From contig OZ251243.1 in the NCBI GenBank assembly GCA_965240325.2, positions 372,001 through 436,000 on the forward strand: a stretch of DNA of 64,000 bases, written 5' to 3'. The notes under the pieces are model-generated. The model ran no database searches, was not told the DNA's origin, and saw nothing but the letters and a program-made list of their open reading frames with translations. Below are positions 1 through 11,167 of the stretch, one piece after another. The position numbers and the translations under genes are program-made. The stretch comes from Rebecca billardiae RCC1528 (Eukaryota; Protista; Haptophyta). The stretch's first letter is position 1; each line of letters starts with the position of its first letter.

Positions 1-1650
1 GACCGCGTTCCGCGGTCCTTTTCCGTAGAACGAACGTATAGTTCAGGGCCCGCGGTGGCGGTGCACCCTCCATCGCAGTCGTCTATTGACAGACCCGGAG
101 TTGCATGCCCGTACAACTAGACTCCAGCGGCGCGCCGCCGCCCGCCGCGCCCGCCGGGGCGCGGGCCCATCGGCGCACTTCGCAGCCGCCGGCGCGGCGC
201 CGATTGTGTACAGGCGGATGCGACGAGGCGTGATCGACGCATGAGCGCGACTCCACGTGCACGCCAGGCCACGCGAAGCTGACAGCCAGGGAGCACGGTG
301 CGGGGCCGCGGATTCGTTCGGGCCGCTGCTGCTGACTGACCGCTGTCCCGCCGCGGGTCACCGCGCACCGCGGCAGCGCCAGGATAGTTAGGTGATTTGC
401 ACTGGTCCGAGTAGGGTTCGACCAGCGCCTGCGCGACGGCCGACAGGCGGGCGCGAGGCGTGATCGACGCATGAGCGCAACTCGACGTGCACGCCAGGCC
501 ACGCGGAGCTGACAGCCCGAGGGAGCACGGTGCCGAGGTCGGAGGTGCGACTGGGCACCAGTCACGGATCGTTCGCGCACGCCGCGCGTGCACGGGCTGA
601 CACACCTCGATCAGGCTCGGCACGCGTTGCAGAGGCACAGCCAGCTCTGGGGACGTCACGCACCACCGTCGCCCGCGCAGCTCGTCCTCCTCGTAGAGTA
701 CCGTTCAGTTCCGAGGCGTAGCCCTCGCTCAGAGTCGACCGTCGACGATGGACTCGGATCGTCGGCGCTCCCCGGAAAGGCATGGCAAGGGCGGCGCGTG
801 GTGAAGTCGAAGACTCAGAGATCGATCAGTCCGGCATCAGGCGCCGCTGCCCCCGAGCTTGCGAGAGCCCGAATACAGGGCGGCTGCCGCGGCGCGGCCG
901 GGGCGCCTAGGCCGCCGACCGGCGCGCGGCCGCGCGCAGGCATCGACACGGGGCGGCGGGGGCGCGCGGAGTGAGCGGGGGCACGAACGCGATGTCGACG
1001 GCAGTCGGGACCCGCCGCAGCCGCGCGCTCCAGGCGCAACTCGCCGCGCGCACCTGCCCATCGCCGTCCTCACCCGTCGGTCGCTCGTCAGCTCGCCTCA
1101 TCCTCTCGCGGTCTCGCCGCAGCCGTGGCGTAGAAAACGCGGGCCCGCGCGTCCCGGCTCCCGCTCCGGTGTCAGATAGTATTGAGATTCGCCGAGGTTG
1201 GCCCATCGGCTACTGACCCTTGCCTCGTCGGCTCCTGATACAGACACGGCGCGATTGAATAGTTGATTCAACTGATTCAAGGGACGTACATGGTCACATC
1301 GGTTCGCGGCAATCTCTATCTAGATACGTCATCGCTCCTTGGACCTTGCTGCAATCTCATTGGCCGGAAAAATCGCTTGTAACGGTTCGTTACGTTAGGG
1401 ATCCTAAATTAAGGGCGTGAAGTTTTTTGGACGGGCGTCACTCCACGCTTTACTATGAACTTGCCGTGGGCGCGACCTTTTTCGGCCGTGATGCATGTTA
1501 GAGAGGGTCTCAAAATTCGAAACTCGGTCTCCTCCAGCCATGAAAATCGTCCCCCGTCCCTTTTTTCTTGATCAAAGATCTTTTTGAAACGTTGTTCGGG
1601 CCCGCTGGTGCGGGCTCCACGCTGCGCGCTCCGCCCTGCACCGCGGGCCA
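1..1650 (-). mobile_element. Non-autonomous Helitron2/Helentron-like element, copy 1 (3' end clipped by window edge)
   Basis: Colinear with 60480-62083. Terminal hairpin (G)GACCGCG-TTC-CGCGGTCC at 1-18. Asymmetric 11-bp inverted repeat GGCCCGCGGTG (47-57) / CACCGCGGGCC (1639-1649). Internal ~77-bp direct repeat at ~225-300 and ~455-532. No credible ORF. Confidence 0.7.
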
Positions 1651-1689
1651 TGAGTCCTTGTCAGGAGTGACCGTTCGACACGGCACACG

Positions 1690-2454
1690 ATGGCAGCCGA
1701 CGATCCGTCGAAGGCGGCGGCGCGCTCCATGTTGAGACCCCACGCGCTGCCGTCGCGCGTGCCCTTCTCCGAGCTGACGGAGCTCTCGCTCGCGACCGCA
1801 GTCTCGCACGACGTCGCCCGCCAGCGAGACAGCTGGCGCGCACAGTGCGACGCCGCCGAGCACGAGCTCGAGCTTCTCGAGGCGTCGACGGAGCGCACGG
1901 TGGCGCAGCTCGAGCAGCCGGTCGAGGCGGCGCTGCTGCTGCTCGGCCAGCTCACCGCGCTGCTCGCACGCGTGGAGGCGCAGGACGAGACCGCTCTCTC
2001 CACCGACGTGCGCGTGCTCGCCTCCGCGCTCGAGAGGGAGCGCGCGCGCGCCGCAACGCTCGCGCGCGAGCTAGAGGCTGAGCGCACGGCGCACGCAGAC
2101 ACGCGCGACCGGCTGGGGCGGTTCGAGGCCGCGGCGCTGCACGGCCAGCTCGGCGCCGTGGGCAGCGCAGGCGCACACGTGCGCACGTGGCGGCGGCCTC
2201 GGCTCGACCGCGCCGAGATGCACGCGCGCGCTGCGGCCGCATTCGCGCGCGCCGTCACGCGCCGCGCGCTACAGCACTGGTCCCGCGCGCACATGCGGCA
2301 GACTGTGATCCGACACTCGGCACTGGCGGGCGAGTACACGCAGCTGCGGCTGGCGATGCTCTCCTGGGCCTCGTACCTCAGCTGGAGGCGCGGCGAGGGC
2401 ACTGTCGTGCCGAGGCTGGTTGCCCGCACGGCCATCAGCGCCCGGCGCCGATGA
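1690..2454 (+). CDS. Hypothetical coiled-coil protein (254 aa)
   Basis: GC3-biased ORF with E/L/A/R heptad-like stretches (AEHELELLEASTERTVAQLEQ; ALERERARAATLARELEAER). No recognised domain. Confidence 0.55.
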   Translation: MAADDPSKAAARSMLRPHALPSRVPFSELTELSLATAVSHDVARQRDSWRAQCDAAEHELELLEASTERTVAQLEQPVEAALLLLGQLTALLARVEAQDETALSTDVRVLASALERERARAATLARELEAERTAHADTRDRLGRFEAAALHGQLGAVGSAGAHVRTWRRPRLDRAEMHARAAAAFARAVTRRALQHWSRAHMRQTVIRHSALAGEYTQLRLAMLSWASYLSWRRGEGTVVPRLVARTAISARRR

Positions 2455-2541
2455 GGGCCGGACATGCCTCTCAATTCACGCGAGTCACACGAGCTGATGA
2501 GGGCCGGACATGCCTCTCACCTCACGCGAGTCACACGAGCT
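2450..2541. repeat. 46-bp tandem duplication
   Basis: GATGAGGGCCGGACATGCCTCTCA(AT/CC)TCACGCGAGTCACACGAGCT x2, overlapping the stop codon of the upstream ORF. Confidence 0.9.
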
Positions 2542-3915
2542 CTCGTCTGTCTGAGACCGAGTCTCGACGTCGCCAGGCCCGCGCGCGGACGCAGCGCAGC
2601 GCGAGTCCTCGGCGGTCCCGCTTTACTGGCTGCGATGATCAAGACGCATGGCAGAGGCGCGCTCTAGCACGCCGCGGCGCGCCTGCCGATGACGCCGTTT
2701 TCGGTCGCATCCTCACCGCTCTGCTCGGAATGTTCCGATGTCGCCTGTCGTCGATGGCCGCCCGAGACGACGCGACGGTCGTGGCGCCGGGCCGCCGCTG
2801 CGGGCGTCGCGCGACGGCCGACCGGGCCGACGGTGGCACCGGCGCCGGTCGCCCGGCCGCCTTACACGCCCGGGGCTGGGGCCGGTGGCCGGTTTCCCAG
2901 AGGCTGCCCGGTGCTGGCCGCGCATCACCGTTGCTGATCGGTCACCGGGGCCCGGTCACCGCGGAGTCCGCGGCGGGCCGCACTGCCGCAGCCGCTGGGC
3001 CTGGCGGCCCGGCGCGGCCTGGGGCGCCGGGCGCGGGCGCGCGCCGCCGGGTGATCTCACAGTGTAGACGTAGTCGGACCGTGATGATGATGATTGATGA
3101 TGCTGATGTCATGATGTGACAGCGGCTCGTATAACATGTCAACGGCGCATCATCACCGCCGGAATATATTATATATAATCATCAATCATACACGACCGGC
3201 CCCGGTCCGGCCGTCCGGCCGGCGTCGCCGTCTGCCGCGGACCGCACTCCCGTGACTCCGCAGACGGCATCAGCAGCCCGCACTGATGTCTGATCAGGGG
3301 CATCAGGGCATCATAACTCACTCATAAGTGATCATAACCCTGGGCGTCGCGTATATATAGTGAATGATCCGGGTCTCGGTATTGTCAGCATATATATATA
3401 TATATATTATAATGTCGATATATCTCTAGCTATAGCAGTGTCGTTTGTGACTGTCGTCAATACTATCGTCGTCAGTCTTCCTAAGGCTGTCTGTGTGTCT
3501 TACCCCATGTCCGACTGTGTCTCCCCACTCGCCAGACTGCCACGCCCACGCCCACGGCCCGCCGGCCACGGCGGTCGCTGAGCCTCGGTCTCGCAGCTGT
3601 CAACCGGTGCTCGAGCGGGCTTGGCGGCCGCCATACCCGCCCGCCCATGTGCCCGTGATGAACGGACTGGGAGCAGGCGCACCACTGCAGCACCACCACC
3701 CCCACGCCTCGACGATCTGCCAGCCGGAGCTGACACGCAGCTGTCAGCTGCCCCCAAATCTGCGTGCGCGCGGCCGCAACCATTGCGTCAGGTGTAGCGT
3801 CCGCGAGCGCGCTGCTCGCGAGCGACGACCTGGACGCGTCGTGCGGCGCCATAGAACCCAGCCCTCCTCCAATCGGGCCACGCACGCCGAGCCCCCGCCC
3901 GCCGGTGCGCGCCGC

Positions 3916-4236
3916 CTAGCCTGTGCCATACGCTGAGCCCACATGCACCTGCGCAAAGTCTGCGCCGTTCGCCGTGCCGATGTCCACGACGGAGAAGCTG
4001 GCGCCGCCGATCTGCGCTGTGTTTATGATCGAGAAGTTGACTCCTTCGACTGCTCCGATATTTGCGAACGAGGCGTTGATGGCTGACGCGTTCCCTATGC
4101 CGATGCCGGAGACATTCGCTGCCTGTGCTGTGCCGACCGAGAATGCGTTCACGCTGAAGGCGGAGGCGGTGCCGATCTGCATGATGGCCGGGCCGTTCCA
4201 CCAGTACGCCTTCTTCATCTTCACCCATGGTGTCAT
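3916..4236 (-). CDS. Small 13-residue-repeat protein, predicted beta-solenoid (106 aa)
   Basis: CACCATG start at 4236. About 6.7 repeats: QIGTASAFSVNAF / SVGTAQAANVSGI / GIGNASAINASFA / NIGAVEGVNFSII / NTAQIGGASFSVV / DIGTANGADFAQV / HVGSAYGTG. Confidence 0.65.
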   Translation of the reverse strand: MTPWVKMKKAYWWNGPAIMQIGTASAFSVNAFSVGTAQAANVSGIGIGNASAINASFANIGAVEGVNFSIINTAQIGGASFSVVDIGTANGADFAQVHVGSAYGTG

Positions 4237-4634
4237 GGTGTCGCGCGCGTACGCCGAGCGGAGGGCGCCCGAGGGTCGCGGTGTCCAAAGCTGATCGGGG
4301 TCGACGGTGGTGCCGTCGACAAGGCAGTGAACTTTGAGAGACTGCTGGCCAATTACGGTACGAGTACAACTGGGTCCCTCCGCTGCTCGGTCGCTCGTCG
4401 TCGCAAGTCTCGCGACGATTCGCTCGTACAAAGATGAAAGATGCGCCACCGGAAAGGCTGCTGGAAACAGCTCGCGCGTGTTCCAGACGGCTGCTCATCT
4501 TCGAATCAGGTCCCGGTGTTTGAGTGATGCTCTTTCGGGTTGTCCGGACACATGGGGACGTTGGCTGTAAGAAACCGGACTTCAACGGCGATGGCGGCCG
4601 CGCAGGCGAGGCCAGCCTGAACGTCGTCTGCCCG

Positions 4635-5504
4635 ATGCTCGCGACGGCGCTCGTGACCGCGCTGTGCGCGAGCTCGAGCGTGCTCGCCCGGCGCCTGCTG
4701 CACAACCAGCTCCCGCCGTCCGCCGTCAACGCGCGCACTCTCGTGCACTCGCTGCCGATGGACGCCGACAGCGTGTCGCGCGCGCTGGTCGCGCTCGAGG
4801 GGCGAGCGCCCCTGCGCACCGAGCGCGCCGTGCTGAGCCCGGCGCAGTGCAAAGCGCTCATCCGGTGGGCGCGGCCTCGGATCGACGGGCGCACGCTCGA
4901 CAGCGTCGACGGCGAGCCCGAGTGCCAGGTCACCGTCGATGTGTGCGCCCTGCGCACGCTGCTCGGCAACGAGACCGTAGGCCGGCTGTGCGCGCTCGGC
5001 GTCTCCGACGACCGCAAGCCGCGGCCGTACTCGGCCTTCGTGCGCAAGTACTCGCCCACAACACGGCGCGTCCTCCTCCCGTTCCACGTCGACACCAACG
5101 CGTACACGCTCAACCTCGCGCTCACGGCCGACGCGGACGTGCGCGGAGGCCGGCTGCTCGCGCTGCACGAGGGCCGCGTGCGCGAGCTGCCGCGCGCCGC
5201 AGGCGACGCGGTGCTGCACGACCGGCACGTGTGCCACGCGGTGACGGCCGTGCGCGAGGGCACGCGCTTCTCGCTCGTCCTCTTCTTCTACGACGAGGTA
5301 CGCCGCAGCCGCGGCGCAGATGGCACCCAGCGCCGCTCGGCGCGCCCGGCCGCGACCGCGAGGCACCGCTTGCCAGCGCAGCCGCCTTCAAAGCGGCCAA
5401 AGCGCTTGCGTGCCGCCTCATCGCCGGTGGGCAAGGCTACGCGCCGGCGGGCAGGTGGCGCGCCCACAGCGGGCAACAGTGATGCCTCCCGCGGGCGGCG
5501 GTGA
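4635..5504 (+). CDS. 2-oxoglutarate/Fe(II)-dependent dioxygenase (prolyl-hydroxylase/PKHD-like); 3' end uncertain
   Basis: HxD (PFHVDTNAYTLNLAL), GGRL, distal His (VCHAVTAV) and RxS (GTRFSLVLFF). Hydrophobic N-terminus MLATALVTALCA. Confidence 0.8.
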   Translation: MLATALVTALCASSSVLARRLLHNQLPPSAVNARTLVHSLPMDADSVSRALVALEGRAPLRTERAVLSPAQCKALIRWARPRIDGRTLDSVDGEPECQVTVDVCALRTLLGNETVGRLCALGVSDDRKPRPYSAFVRKYSPTTRRVLLPFHVDTNAYTLNLALTADADVRGGRLLALHEGRVRELPRAAGDAVLHDRHVCHAVTAVREGTRFSLVLFFYDEVRRSRGADGTQRRSARPAATARHRLPAQPPSKRPKRLRAASSPVGKATRRRAGGAPTAGNSDASRGRR

Positions 5505-6763
5505 CTGGCGCGCCGACTGACGGGATCCACACGGCTCATCCGCCGATCCGGCGTGCGCATGACTGTGCCTCCACACGCCAAAGCCCGGACTCTACTGCTG
5601 CATATATTAATGATGTAATCCGTCCTCGTCAGGCTTCGTCTCATGTGTATTTATCAGCAGAGCCTAATAGCGGCGATCGATCATCGACGAGCCGCACTAG
5701 TTTCTGAGTGTCGTCACAGCGCGCCGGCCTTCGGCTTCGCCCCGGCTTCGCCTTTGGAGTTTGGGCCGGCTCCCGCGGCGATAGCGGCAGTAGCGCTGCT
5801 GCCGACTGACAGTGCGGAGCCTGAGTATAAAAGTCAGTCAGGCGGCCGCTACCGTGTGAACTCGTCCCGCGGGTGCGGCGAGTTGACGAGTCACACAGTC
5901 ACCTAGTCTCACTGTGACTGAGTCACTACGTCGTACGCGCCTGGCATAGTAAAGTCCTATCCGCCAGTATCCCGCCGTACATATGATCCGCCGTATCCGC
6001 GGTGCCGATCGGACGCGACGAAGTGACAGCTGAGACTCGTCCTGAGACTCCTGACTGAGTGGCTGATGAGTCTGATGAGACTGAGCATCAGCCCTCCTAG
6101 TCCTACTCCTAGATTCACGCATACGACTCTGCACTCACTCAACCGGGCTGCGTCGCGTGGCCGGCCGTGCCGCGTGCGTGCATGCCCCACCGCGCGGCGC
6201 CTGGGCCCCAGCTGTTTACGAGTGTGTGTCAGTCTGTAGCTACTAAAGACTCAGATCAGAGTGACGACGACATTGCCAATCTAGTGACGATATGATAGTG
6301 AGTCCGACGGCCATCACGTCACTCGATCACAACCACGAGTCCATCACTCGGACACTCAACGACCACGACCACGTCCATGACGTCCAACTCCACGCGACCG
6401 CCATACAATGACTCGATGATCGTCCGCCAGCAGCGCTGGCAGTGGCAGCGCTCGGGCCCGCGCTCGGCCCGCCGGGCCGCACCATTGGCAGCACGGTGCC
6501 ACGGTCCCACAACTCCCGGTCAGCCGGTCAGGGCCGGCCACCCCGGGCCCGCGGCGGCTCGGCCCGCGGGCGCGAGTCACCTCGCCCTCGGGCTCGGGCT
6601 CGGCCGGCTCGGGCACCGCCTCACTGAGACCGGTCACTAGTCTACTGTGACGACTGAGTCTGACGGTCGCTAGTCGCGCCGCCGCTGGCGGCGCGCCGCT
6701 GGCCCTGCAGGCCTGCAGGCCCTGGCGGGGTACTACCGTCTGAGTACCGACAGTGTATATATA

Positions 6764-7689
6764 TGTGGGGTTATTGGTGCAATAACTGATTGTCTAAGAG
6801 GACGACACGGACGCCAGGCGCCAGCGCCGCTCATCAGCTCCATCGCCCTCTACCGGACCATGGCCTCAACGAGCTGCTCCCGGACAAACAGTCCGTCCGG
6901 CATTTTCTGTTACCGGCCAAAGATCTCCGATCGCCATCATCGGCTTCTCGGGCTCTGCAGCCGTGGCGCGGGCATCCAGCCATGTCGCGTCCTGCGTCGC
7001 CGGCGGCTGCGGCTCGCACGCGGGTGGCGCGTCGCGTGCACCGACCAACATCTTTCGGCAGCGGCATGCCCACCGCATCTGCTGCCGCTCGCCTTTGCAT
7101 GAGGACACGTAAATCCCACTGAGTAGGAACACAGGCAGCCGCCTCGGCATCGACATGCCAGGCGGCGTGCCCACCTTCGGCCAGCAGTTGGCGTCGGCGT
7201 TCGCGAGGACGGCTAGACATATATATATATATATATGTGGGGTTATTGGTACAATAACTGATTGTCTAAGAGGACGACAAGAACGCCGGGCGCCAGCGCC
7301 GCTCATCAGCCACATCGCCCTCTACCAGACCATCGCCTCAAAGGGCGCTGCTCCCGGACAAACCGTCTGTCCGGGTTGTTCTGCCGCCCAGGAGATCGAT
7401 TTCCGGCGCCGGCCTCTGCCGCCTGCTTCGCCAGGCGCGGCGTGCGAGATGGCTCCAGCCAAGCTCGTCCTGCGTCGCCGGCGGCGGCGGCTCGCACGCG
7501 GGTGGCGCGTCGCGTGCACCGACCAACATCTTTCGGCACCCACCGCATCTGCTGCCGCTCGCCAAGGCATGAGGACACGTAAATCCCACTGAGTAGGAAC
7601 ACACGCAGCCGCCTCGGCATCGACATGCCAGGCGGCGTGCCCACCTTCGGCCAGCAGTTGGCGTCGGCGTTCACGAGGACGGCTAGACA
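6764..7689. mobile_element. Two head-to-tail ~455-bp TG..CA units (6764-7219, 7236-7689) embedded in (TA)n; solo-LTR-like or TA-targeting element
   Basis: Both units start TGTGGGGTTATTGGT and end GAGGACGGCTAGACA. (TA)n lies before, between and after them. Ends are near-identical; the centres have diverged. Confidence 0.6.
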
Positions 7690-8044
7690 TATATATATAC
7701 TTATAACTGTATCGTCATCTGTGACTGTAGCTAGCTGCTAGCGATGCGCAAAAGCCGCATCAAGGTACTCAGAGTAGGCCGGCGAGCCGCCGGCTCATCG
7801 TCGGAGTGTGCTGTGTGGCAGCAAGGCGGAGCCCTTGCGGCATTGTCGTGGCGGGCAGCATTCTTCATTGCGCGCCACCATCGCAGCATGATGGCGGTGG
7901 CAACGGCAGACCAAGCTGCGCCTGCTGCCAACCGCCCGGCCGCACGTCCCGAGACGATCCGAGGGCCGCCGAATCGAGCGCGTGAGACGTGCCCGCCCCC
8001 AGCCGGCCGGCGCCGCCGAGGCCGCCCAATCCGCTGTGTGCGCC

Positions 8045-9199
8045 TCACTTGGTGCCAGGCTTGGTCAGGTCATATGTGCCGAACACGGGGTTGAGCTGCA
8101 TCGTGACGCGCACGAACGAGGTGCGCCGCCCCATCTCCTTGAGCGTCGCCGCGCCCACGTACGTGCACGCCGAGCGCAGCCCGCCGAGCAGGTCGAGGAT
8201 CGTCGGCTCGACCGGCCCCTTGTACGGCACCTCAACCGTCTTGCCCTCGGACGAGCGGTACTCGGCGACGCCGCCGGCGTGCTTGCCCATCGCGGTGGAG
8301 GAGGACATGCCGTAGAAGAGCTTGTACGCCCGGCCGTCGCGCTCGACGAACTCGCCCGCCGCCTCGTCGTGCCCGGCGAACATGCCGCCGCACATGATGA
8401 AGTCCGCGCCCGCGCCGAACGCCTTTGCCGCGTCGCCCGGGCAGGTGATGCCGCCGTCGGCGATGATGTGCCCGCCCAACCCGTGCGCGGCGTCGGCGCA
8501 CTCGATGACGGCGGAGAGCTGCGGGTAGCCCACGCCGGTCTGCTTCCGCGTGGTGCACACCGAGCCCGGCCCGATCCCCACCTTCACCACGTCCGCGCCG
8601 TTCAGGATGAGCTCCTCCGTCATCTCGTTGGTCACGACGTTGCCCGCGATGATCGTGCGGTCGGGGTGCTTGCGGCGCACCTCCTTCACCACGGCGACGA
8701 AGCCCTCGGAGTAGCCGTTCGCCACGTCGAGGCAGATGGTCGTCACGGTCGGGCACTTTGCGATGATCTTGTCCACCTTCTCCAGGTCCGACTTGCTCGT
8801 GCCCGCGCTGACCGCGACGAAGGGGACCACGTCCGGCTGCTCCTCGCAGAAGCGCGCCCACTCGTCGAGCGAGTAGTGCTTGTGGATGGCGACCATGCAC
8901 TGGTGCTTGGCGAAGACCTTGGCCATGTCGAAGGTGCCCACCGTGTCCATGTTCGCCACGACGAGCGGCACGCCCGTCCATTCCCGGCCCGACCACTTGA
9001 AGCGGAACGTGCGAGCGAGCGTCACCTGCTTGCGCGACGTGAGCGTCGAGCGCTTCGGGCGGATGAGCACGTCCTTGAAGTCGAGCTTTATCTCCTCCTC
9101 GATTCGCACCGCGTGCGCAACGCCCGCGCCGCTCGCGAGCGCCGCCGCGCCCGCGGCGACGCGTGGGAGCAGCCGCCGAAGCAAATTTCCGGCGGCCAT
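8045..9199 (-). CDS. GMPR: GMP reductase (type 1) with ~30-aa N-terminal extension
   Basis: [53 protein letters not shown] (catalytic Cys), [23 protein letters not shown]. Intronless. Confidence 0.96.
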   Translation of the reverse strand: MAAGNLLRRLLPRVAAGAAALASGAGVAHAVRIEEEIKLDFKDVLIRPKRSTLTSRKQVTLARTFRFKWSGREWTGVPLVVANMDTVGTFDMAKVFAKHQCMVAIHKHYSLDEWARFCEEQPDVVPFVAVSAGTSKSDLEKVDKIIAKCPTVTTICLDVANGYSEGFVAVVKEVRRKHPDRTIIAGNVVTNEMTEELILNGADVVKVGIGPGSVCTTRKQTGVGYPQLSAVIECADAAHGLGGHIIADGGITCPGDAAKAFGAGADFIMCGGMFAGHDEAAGEFVERDGRAYKLFYGMSSSTAMGKHAGGVAEYRSSEGKTVEVPYKGPVEPTILDLLGGLRSACTYVGAATLKEMGRRTSFVRVTMQLNPVFGTYDLTKPGTK

Positions 9200-9424
9200 C
9201 CTCGTCGACGGCCTCGCGCTCGGGCAGCGCGTTGATTGCGCACGTGCTGTCTGCAGTTTACTGAGCTCGGCCCCTGACAGTTATGACGTACATAGTTACG
9301 AGCACAGTAACACAGTACTGTAAGTAAGTATCGTACAGTTTACTATGTTTTAACGTGCACACTTGGTTAAGGCGTGATTGACGCCATCCAACACTGCACA
9401 AAGACACCGCCACAAAACAGACCG

Positions 9425-9612
9425 GCGCAGGCAGGTGAGGGGCGCGTTGCCGCACCTCATCGAGGCGGCCATTGCAGCAAGCGGCCGCCCCGCGCTCGGA
9501 GGCACGCGCTCGGGAGCGCGCTCTGACACCACACGGGGAGGGTGCTGCACCTGGATGTTGTATCCCAGCCACCTCGAGAGTGCAGCCGCGCCAAACACCT
9601 GCCTGCGCTGTG
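9425..9612. mobile_element. MITE-like repeat, copy 1
   Basis: Inverted termini GCGCAGGCAGGTG-NNN-GGCGCG (from 9425) and CGCGCC-NNN-CACCTGCCTGCGC (to 9608). A second copy lies at 35449-35738. No TSD seen. Confidence 0.6.
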
Positions 9613-9682
9613 AGCGACGCCACGTCGACTGATCGAGCCCCAGCCGAAGGGAAGAAGTATCCGGTAACGGTGTACAATAAGG

Positions 9683-10201
9683 ATGGCTGGCCGCGAACGC
9701 GTGTGCGCGTGCCGTTGCTTGGGGTGCGCCGCGGCCGGCCGTCACCTGAACCACCGGAGAAACGCCACGTGCTGCTTCGTCCCCGGCGAGAGCGGCGAGC
9801 TCGGACTCCCACCGACCAGCTGCGACGCCGCGGCGGTCGTCGACTTGCACGTCGCAGAGCCGTGGGCCGGGCACATTGCGGCCGGGCGTAAGACTGTCGA
9901 GGGGCGGCTGCGGCGCGGGTTGTACGCAGGGCTCGCGCCCGGGGACACGATCCGCGTCAACGGCGACGCTCTTTGCACCGTCACGCGCGTCAGCCACTAC
10001 GCCACGCTCGAGGAGTACCTCGGCGCGGAGGGCCTGGCCGCCACGCTGCCGGGCGTGACCAGCATTGAGGACGGCGTGCGCGTGTACAGGCAGTTCTACG
10101 CGGAGGAGGACGAGCGCGCGCACGGCGTGCTGGCGATCGAGTTGGCCAGATCGGCGCATGATGGCTCGACCCAGCTCACCTCCACTCGCAGCGAGAGATG
10201 A
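9683..10201 (+). CDS. ASCH-domain (PUA-like) protein
   Basis: LHVAEPWAGHIAAGRKTVEGR (GxKxxExR motif), PGDTIRV, YATLEEYL, LPGVTSIEDGVRVYRQFY, GVLAIEL. Confidence 0.88.
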   Translation: MAGRERVCACRCLGCAAAGRHLNHRRNATCCFVPGESGELGLPPTSCDAAAVVDLHVAEPWAGHIAAGRKTVEGRLRRGLYAGLAPGDTIRVNGDALCTVTRVSHYATLEEYLGAEGLAATLPGVTSIEDGVRVYRQFYAEEDERAHGVLAIELARSAHDGSTQLTSTRSER

Positions 10202-11087
10202 CGACGACGATGATGTGATGATCCCTGCCCCCAAGGCGGCCGGCCGGCGTCGGGCCCCGCAGCGACCGTAGTAACACCGCGTGGATCGGGGGTCGCTCAT
10301 ATGGCGGCGGACGCTTCAGCGGCGGTCAGGCTCCTCTGACACAAGACGGGGCGCGGTGACGCGCGTGCGACGTTCCTTCTCGCGTCCGCCGGCGCTCGGC
10401 CACGGGTCCACGCTACTGCCGCGGCTTACGGAGACGGAGTGCGGTCATACTGCAATGTGCATCGGAGACATGATCGAGTACTGACCGCCGTGATCGGACC
10501 GTTATCCGTTTGAGGGCACTACTTTAATTGACGATACTCAGGCGCGGCGGTTCGTCATGGCCGTCCGACCGCCCCAGGGCCACTGAGGGCCCGCCGAGCC
10601 GGGACCCGAGGGCCGAGCGGGTCCACCGCCGCGGCCCCCCGGCCCCGGCCCGTGCCGAGAGTGACGGAGTGTACACTCAGTAGACAGTACAGCCGTGCAT
10701 GGCGCCGGGAGCCAAGCCGCCTGCTGCAAAGAGTACTACCGTTGAGTAGTAGCACGTCGGCGCCGCCACCCCGGGTTCGTGAGCCGTTGAGTGAGAGCTC
10801 CCGCCCGTCTGCTAGACTATCTGCTGAGACTCCCGGCCGCCCGGCCGGATCTCATCAGATATATACTCGTGGTAGCTACTATACTGACTACTGTTCAGCC
10901 GAGTCGCGTAGTATATATATATATAGTCATCATCTCGGAAGTTAGTAGCAGCCCGTGACTCGTGAGCCGATTACGATAACTCGTCCGCCGACGGCCGACG
11001 ACTCGGACGAGATCCTGGGAGTCCGAGCGAGACTGTGATGTAGTCACTTACAGTAGTCGCGGCGGCGCAGATTGAACTCATCAACGC

Positions 11088-11135
<48 letters not shown>

Positions 11136-11167
11136 TATATATATATACTATATACTATATATATATT
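11088..11167. repeat. (TA)n microsatellite
   Basis: About 80 bp of interrupted TA repeats. Confidence 0.95.
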
